Source: Macrostomum lignano (lineage: Eukaryota). Taken from it: a stretch of 30,088 nucleotides of DNA. Below are positions 21,782 to 30,088 of the stretch, one piece after another (the stretch's first letter is position 1; each line of letters begins with the position of its first letter). The position numbers were made by a program, and so were the translations under genes. The stretch lies in NCBI GenBank assembly GCA_002269645.1, contig NIVC01004959.1, positions 1 through 30,088 on the forward strand. Reading direction: 5' to 3'. Below the pieces are notes generated by a model. That model worked only from the letters and a program-made list of their open reading frames with translations, ran no database searches and was not told the DNA's origin.

Positions 21782-22780
21782 CAAAGACTACTAACGTAGA
21801 AGCACGCAACACTCAAAATCTATGGAAAATGTTTTGAAGGCCACCTTTCGCCGAAAAATACACTAAGGAGCTAGATAGGAAGTTTTCATTTTTCAGCACA
21901 AAAACTGTTATTGCTTTCGATAGGAGGCAGACACAATGTTTATCTTTTGATGTGCTGTGCCTTTTTTATGGCTCTATAAAAATAGAGCTCTATAAAAAAT
22001 GATATTTATAAAGCTTTTCGTTTAGAATGCAAGGATTTATTGTAAATTAAAGAAAGGGAAAGAGCTAGGCGGTGGTTCTTATTATATTTGGTTAAAAGAC
22101 AGCGGAGAAGAAGTAAGGAGAAGAATAAGAAGGTAAAGATTATCCGCAGTTGGCACCGTTTATTTATAGCCATCAGGAGCATCGCCGGAAACTTCTAGAA
22201 TATTCTGAGCATTATAACAAAACAAGTATTAATTATTGATTCCTATTAGATTTGCATTAATTGTAGTACTGTTTAACTGTAATAAATTATACATTGAATA
22301 TTTATAAATGCGAGTATTAGAATTAGTTACTGTGAGAAGAAATTTCGAGAATTTAATTTGTACTCCACGGGGAAATTTCTAGAAATAAATAATTCATAAT
22401 TAATGCATCGAACTTTCGCGAAGGTCACTACAAGAAAATTAGGATTCTTAATTTCTTATTCAAAATTTAATTGCATGTCCTGTGCCGAAAAACACAGGAC
22501 TTGTCATTCTTAGCTGACTGTAACAATATGTGCAACAGAGATGATGAAATAGATTCATAAAACCAAAGATTTGAGCTGTGCCATGCATTTTTATGATTTT
22601 TAAGCACAACATATCAAAAGATGAACATTAGGTCTGCCTTCTATCGAAAGCAATAACAATATTTGTGCTGAAAATGAAAACTTCCTATCTCCGTAGTGTA
22701 TTTTCGGCGAAAAGTGGCCTTCAATTTCCCATGAAACGTGAGTGTCGCGTCCTGTATATACGTTGCTTTAGTTGTCCTTG
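21782..22780. mobile_element. ~1-kb foldback configuration of the 10586-10872 MITE family
   Basis: Starts CAAAGACTACTAA...GCAACACTCAAAATCTATGGAAAA and ends CCATGAAACGTGAGTGTCGCGTCC...CTTTAGTTGTCCTTG. The body sequence is present forward at ~21820-21960 and inverted at ~22604-22722, around an AT-rich core. Confidence 0.7.
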
Positions 22781-23618
22781 CATAAATTACACCTGGACTA
22801 AGTTTTTTAAATTCCCATTCTTGTGAAAAGGAGTACTTAGAGAAGATATATACACATTCCGATATCTTTTTGCTAAGCATATTGAACTATCTTGTTGAAA
22901 AACAAAAGTATATGAAAAAGCAGTCGAGCCTTTACGAATGAACTTATACCATTAGAGACAGACACAAATGAATAAACAAATACACTTTGGATTGGTTTGC
23001 ATATATATTTTTTATAATTATCAAAAATCAAACAGCAAAGCATCAAACATTTCTTACGCATGATGATGAGGTCCGATCTCCGCCGCACAAAAGCAACACC
23101 ACTCTAGCTAAAGAGTAGTGAGATGGGAACCGTACGTTGCCAAAGCATGTCGAGTATCATATATCATAGAGATGAATAGCATGCATGACATGTACCGGTC
23201 AGGGAACACTGAATACATCAAAGTGACACTCCCAAAAACTGTTAAGTACTAAGCTATATAGAAACGATTCGACCTGGCCCGCCTCGGCCCCACTATTGGG
23301 GGTGCACTTCGATAGCTATATCAAGTGCAGCGTTCTCTGCACCGGCGCACTAATCTGAACATACACTAAAATACACTAGTTGTTGGATAGAAAGAGGCAC
23401 TAGGGGTCGCAAATTTGGAAACACAAAGAACCTATTAATAAACACCGATACCCTCACTAGTTTCGCTGGTTATAATAAGCAAATTCACCAAATGGATCGC
23501 AAATAAAAAAATGAACTTTTGTTACAAACTTTTATAAATACCATACGATCTCTTTCAGGATTCGAAAATGTAGGCAAAAAGAAAGCGTAGGCAAAAAGAA
23601 AGCTTACGCCAAATACAA

Positions 23619-24864
23619 TTAATCCAAATTGAATGTTACGTGTCGCTCCATCGATTCCCGACGACTATTTAGACTGGAATCGACCTTGTCGGTTTCAGCT
23701 TTGGTTTCAGCGCTGCCGTCATTTCGTGAACCTCCTTCAACAGTGAAAGCTTCGCTTTCTGACGCCTGCACATCAGTATTATGTGGTAGCATTTCGTCCT
23801 CCGTCTGAGACGCCTCTAAACAGTCAACTTTTTCAGAATCGGTTGTCATTTTCGGCAAGCTGTCGTTTGGTGGAAGCTGTTTTATCGACTCCCCCGTGCT
23901 GCTTGCTTCATCAACGACCCCGGTGTCGACGCTCTGAGTAGGCTTACTTTCCTGTTCATTCTCTGGGCTCAGAAAGGGCTTTAGCGGTTCACAAAGCGTT
24001 TCGATGTCAAGGCACCCAAACTCTCGCAAATCTGTAGCACGTTGCGTTGCCGTCAGACCTAGGTAGGCAGCCGCCATATCTTGATCGCACATTGAAACCA
24101 AGCAACGATTTGCGTGCGGAAGCAAGCACTTCTTAAATGCGGTACAACATAGCGCAAAGCCTTGCCGCTCAGCAGGCGTCAAGGCACCCGTTTCACTCGA
24201 GTACCAGCCAGCCAGTACGGCTACTGAGCGCTGCATTAAGTCTGACACCGCACTGCAGAGGGCAGGCACTAAACAGACGCTCATGCAAGGCCGCAGCTCG
24301 TTAAGGCCGGTGAGCATTCCGTTAAGCAACACAGCCAGCGGAGGATAGTTAACAAGGTCATTTGGAGGCGGAATCTCATCAACATTAAAGCCCATTGATG
24401 CTTTTATTGACCCTCTGATATTGCTGCCATTGTCTTCATTGAACTCTTCTATGCCTGATCCGCTGTCCCAGTTTGCTGGTGCCACAGCAGTAGCTGGCAA
24501 GGCTAAGGCATACGAATACACGGCCGAGTGAAAATGCTTCAGTGCAATTTCAATGGAGACACGCAGCTGCGTCATGGCGGCCCGGCTAAATAAGTCCAGA
24601 AGATGGGGTCTAAAATCAGCTCCAATTTTAGCTAAACTAGCGCCGAAGTACATGCAGCAGGAGAGCAGCGACTCCAGGCGGCCGTTGGCTCCGGCCCCGC
24701 GGCCTAGGTCTCGCTCCAGGCACTCCAGGAACAAGCACACACGATGCGTAAGCCAGCAATGAAGAAGCCCGGACTCGCTTGCTGGACCATCAGCAGAAGA
24801 TAGCAATGGATCCTGATCGGCAAACGCTGCCCGATAATGGGTCACTGTATCGAATATCATGCTC
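23619..24864 (-). CDS. COG8: COG8 (conserved oligomeric Golgi subunit 8 / Dor1), exon 3
   Basis: Acceptor tcacAG restores DTR|SMIFDTVTHYRAAFADQDPLL (human [24 protein letters not shown]). Also FLECLERDL, LESLLSCCMYFGASLAKIGADFR and LVNYPPLAVLLNGMLTGLNELR. Stop TAA at 23619-23621. Confidence 0.93.
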
Positions 24865-25068
24865 CTGTGAGTGGTGAGTGGGTAAATTGTGCATGGTTTG
24901 AGTCTCAAATCTAAGTACTGTTTTATTCATTATTTATTAAATTCACAGTAATAACAGCAGAAATCAAGCTGGTTAATAACAAATAACTTGAATTAGAACG
25001 CAGTGCCGTACTTAGCGCTATACCCTCATTGCCAAGACAAAACCTTTTTAGAGGCATTTTTAACTCAC

Positions 25069-25460
25069 CTGGTGTCCTCAGCAGTCTGTCTAGCGTGCTG
25101 ATAGGGGTCATCCTCTTGAAGAGCCGCGAGCTGTCCGCTCAGGTAAGCGTCTCTGGCAGCCAAAAAATGAAGCCGTAACTGGGGTTCTGGGTAGGCAGCC
25201 AGCCGGCGCAGGTAGCCTAGAAGACGCAGACAGTCGGGCAGTTGAAGCCGTCCAGAACGCAGACGACCCGCTACTTGCGCGAGCATCTGCTCACTGACTC
25301 GCCGAACCTCGTCCAATACGCTAGTTACAACTTGTGCTTCAAGGAGACCGCGGCCACGCTCCAGTCGTTTTGCATAGCTGACCAGTTCGAGTGCCTCTTC
25401 CCAATAGTCGTTGCGCACACAAGTGTCCAAAAGTTGGGGAATTTCCAGCACTTCCAGTAC
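25069..25460 (-). CDS. COG8: COG8, exon 2
   Basis: Acceptor tgtAG then VLEVLEIPQLLDTCVRNDYWEEALEL...LQLPDCLRLLGYLRRL...LRLHFLAARDAYL...DDPY (human [26 protein letters not shown]...LPACLRVIGYLRRM...FLQARDAWL...DDPY). Donor AG|GTGAGT, phase 2; introns are 198 and 204 bp. Confidence 0.95.
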
Positions 25461-25658
25461 CTACACAGCGTGGTTTGAGTATTTTACTTTAGTATTGAAT
25501 TATAAGATTGTTACAGCTCTATTATGATTTAATGAGGATTAAATATGTTCGGTTCCAATTGCAATAACCATCAAAGGACGGTACTTTATACACACACGGC
25601 CTTTAAATTAAAAACGAATGGCCTGAATTATCGACACTATAATTATATCCAGTCCCAC

Positions 25659-26084
25659 CTGAGCATGACGATGCAATCCCAGCTGCACGCGCCTGCGACG
25701 GCTTGCCAGCTGGCCCACAGACTCCGAGAAGGCAGCGCACCGGCCAGTCAGACGAGGTAGCCGGTCTGATAGCAGTGACTCGACGGTGAACTCGACACGG
25801 CTTAACTCGACCGACAACGCCCGTGTGGCCTCGGCCGATCGAATGAAGACTGCGTAGTTGCGGGCCGCCGTTTCTTGTGCCTCACGAGCCAGTTCAGTGT
25901 GCCGCTGAGCCAATCGGCGGGGCTCAGCACGCAGCTGGTTTGCGCCCAGGTCTGTCAGCTGGCCAAGGCACTCGCGCAGAACTGGCGAGTCAAGCCAGGT
26001 AGTCGGAAGTCGGCCATGTCGGATTACAAGTTCTGCTAGGCCCTCACTGTTACTGTTGCCGTCCCTATCGCCACTGGCAGACAT
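25659..26084 (-). CDS. COG8: COG8, exon 1
   Basis: ATG at 26084; QLRAEPRRLAQ...AQETAARNYAVFIRSAE...LPRL...RRRVQLGLHRHAQ matches the Dor1 N-terminus. Donor CAG|GTGGGA, phase 0. The three exons total 2064 nt, giving 687 aa plus stop. Confidence 0.92.
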
Positions 26085-27326
26085 TCTTAAATATAAAAGT
26101 TTTTCTGAAATATTGCATTTGAAAAATTTCAGATTTGCCGCTCATTAAGACAAGTGGCCCTTGTACTGTACTGTACCCTTGTAAGTAAGATGGTTAGATG
26201 AGTGAATGGTAAAAAGGTAACAATACAACCACATTCCTAATCCTAAAAACAGGAGATGCAGACAGTTTGGAAATTGGTTTTAAAATTATTAGTACATGTC
26301 GTAAACACTGAACACAGGATGCAGCTATAAGCATAATACTATATATAGCCAGATATGCTAATACTGCTCCTGTTGTACTTTTTTCCAATTTACCACAATG
26401 TGGGAAAAGCTAAATTGGCCTCCCAGCATATAAGTGCATATTGTCAAATAGTTTTAAATTATTTTTACATTAGCTCAAGTGCAATGCCTTCAATTAAAGC
26501 TTTAAATAATTACTACAAGCATATCTATGCACTTAGTTTCAGCCATTTTGTGATCGCGTTTTTATAGAAATGTCACTGATTTGTAGATCAAATTAAAAAA
26601 TACAATAAGTGCCATATAACTAAGAGCCATACATTCAAGGATTTTCCAAAAGAGCTAGGTAACTTGTTTATAGTTGACATGTTTTGCTTCAAAACTGTAA
26701 AAATGTTGCTTTTGAATAATTTTAATAAAAAGTTTATGCTATAGTGATTTTCTTTTTCATTTTCTTACTTATAGCTATTTTACAATGTTTTATTTTCTTC
26801 CAAATTGCAATTCTTCTGTTACCAATAAAATATTTGTTGCTGTCTGGTTTTATTCAAGAGACCATGCACTGTAACAGTGGGAATACCAAGCAATTTTTCC
26901 ACCTATCAAACTACCAAGGAGGGAGGGATAAATTTTGACAATTTTTGCTTTGCTAGAATGAAGCAATGTAGGCATACAAAATTCAAGAGCACAGGTAAAC
27001 TTTCTGTTGCACATCTTAAACAAGAATACAATAGTCACCCTCCAAACTATTTAACAATTCAACAATTCTGCCAAGTTGGATTTTTTCCATAAAAGCTAAC
27101 GTGTTGAATATAGCCATTGCACCAATTAGCATTACACCTCTATGCAGCCTTGCCAAGCCTACAAATTTCCTCAACACATTGACTATATATGCCTGAACCA
27201 GTTCTGACTTTGTTGGTCACTGGCTTTTACCTAGGTAGAGCTTCTAGAACTTTAGCAGGTAATACTAGTTAACTATAGACACACTTTTGCAAATTTCTGA
27301 AAAAGCTTTACTAACCTAAAGCTTTC

Positions 27327-29784
<2,458 letters not shown>

Positions 29785-30088
29785 TAACCTAAAGCTTTCA
29801 CAATGGGCAAGCTTCAACTGCTATACATCCTCAGCTAGTCTTTCAAGCATTTATTCATCACTTTAACACAATTGGCACCTTCAACAGATTACACTAGGCA
29901 ACTGTACTGTGCATTGTATTATATATTTGTACAATCTGAATTAAGAAGAGTTCTTTGACAAATTCAAGCTAATTGTGTTGGGACTTTTCTCCTATAATGG
30001 CAACAACCTAATCTTGTACTATACTTGGCAAATCAACTATATTTTCTAAGTCTCAAAAGCAAATTATAAGCAAATCATGTCTGTTAAG

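Overview
Metazoan (invertebrate) genomic DNA with AT-rich introns and GC-richer exons. I see no prokaryotic signal. Three spliced host genes can be reconstructed exon by exon. GPN-loop GTPase 1 (GPN1, +) has two coding exons in the window, and its P-loop first exon was not found. A KLHL2/3-kelch BTB-BACK-Kelch gene (+) has 3 coding exons, about 579 aa from the ATG at 11397. COG8 (-) has 3 exons, 687 aa. Most of the rest is transposon-derived. The most notable item is missing from the ORF track: a 3,135-bp internally deleted Maverick/Polinton at 162-3296 with AGTAGT-type terminal inverted repeats and a perfect 6-bp target-site duplication (GCCGAT). It retains a decayed Polinton-type integrase and, on the same strand, a decayed PC4/SUB1-like ssDNA-binding domain, and two younger elements are nested in it. 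Also present are a 5'-truncated RT+RNase H LINE with a 15-bp TSD upstream of COG8, a deleted DD34D mariner, a tRNA/CORE-type SINE, several MITE/foldback elements, a 53-bp minisatellite with higher-order structure and a ~1.2-kb CT tract. Family assignments come from manual translation and motif recognition, not database searches.
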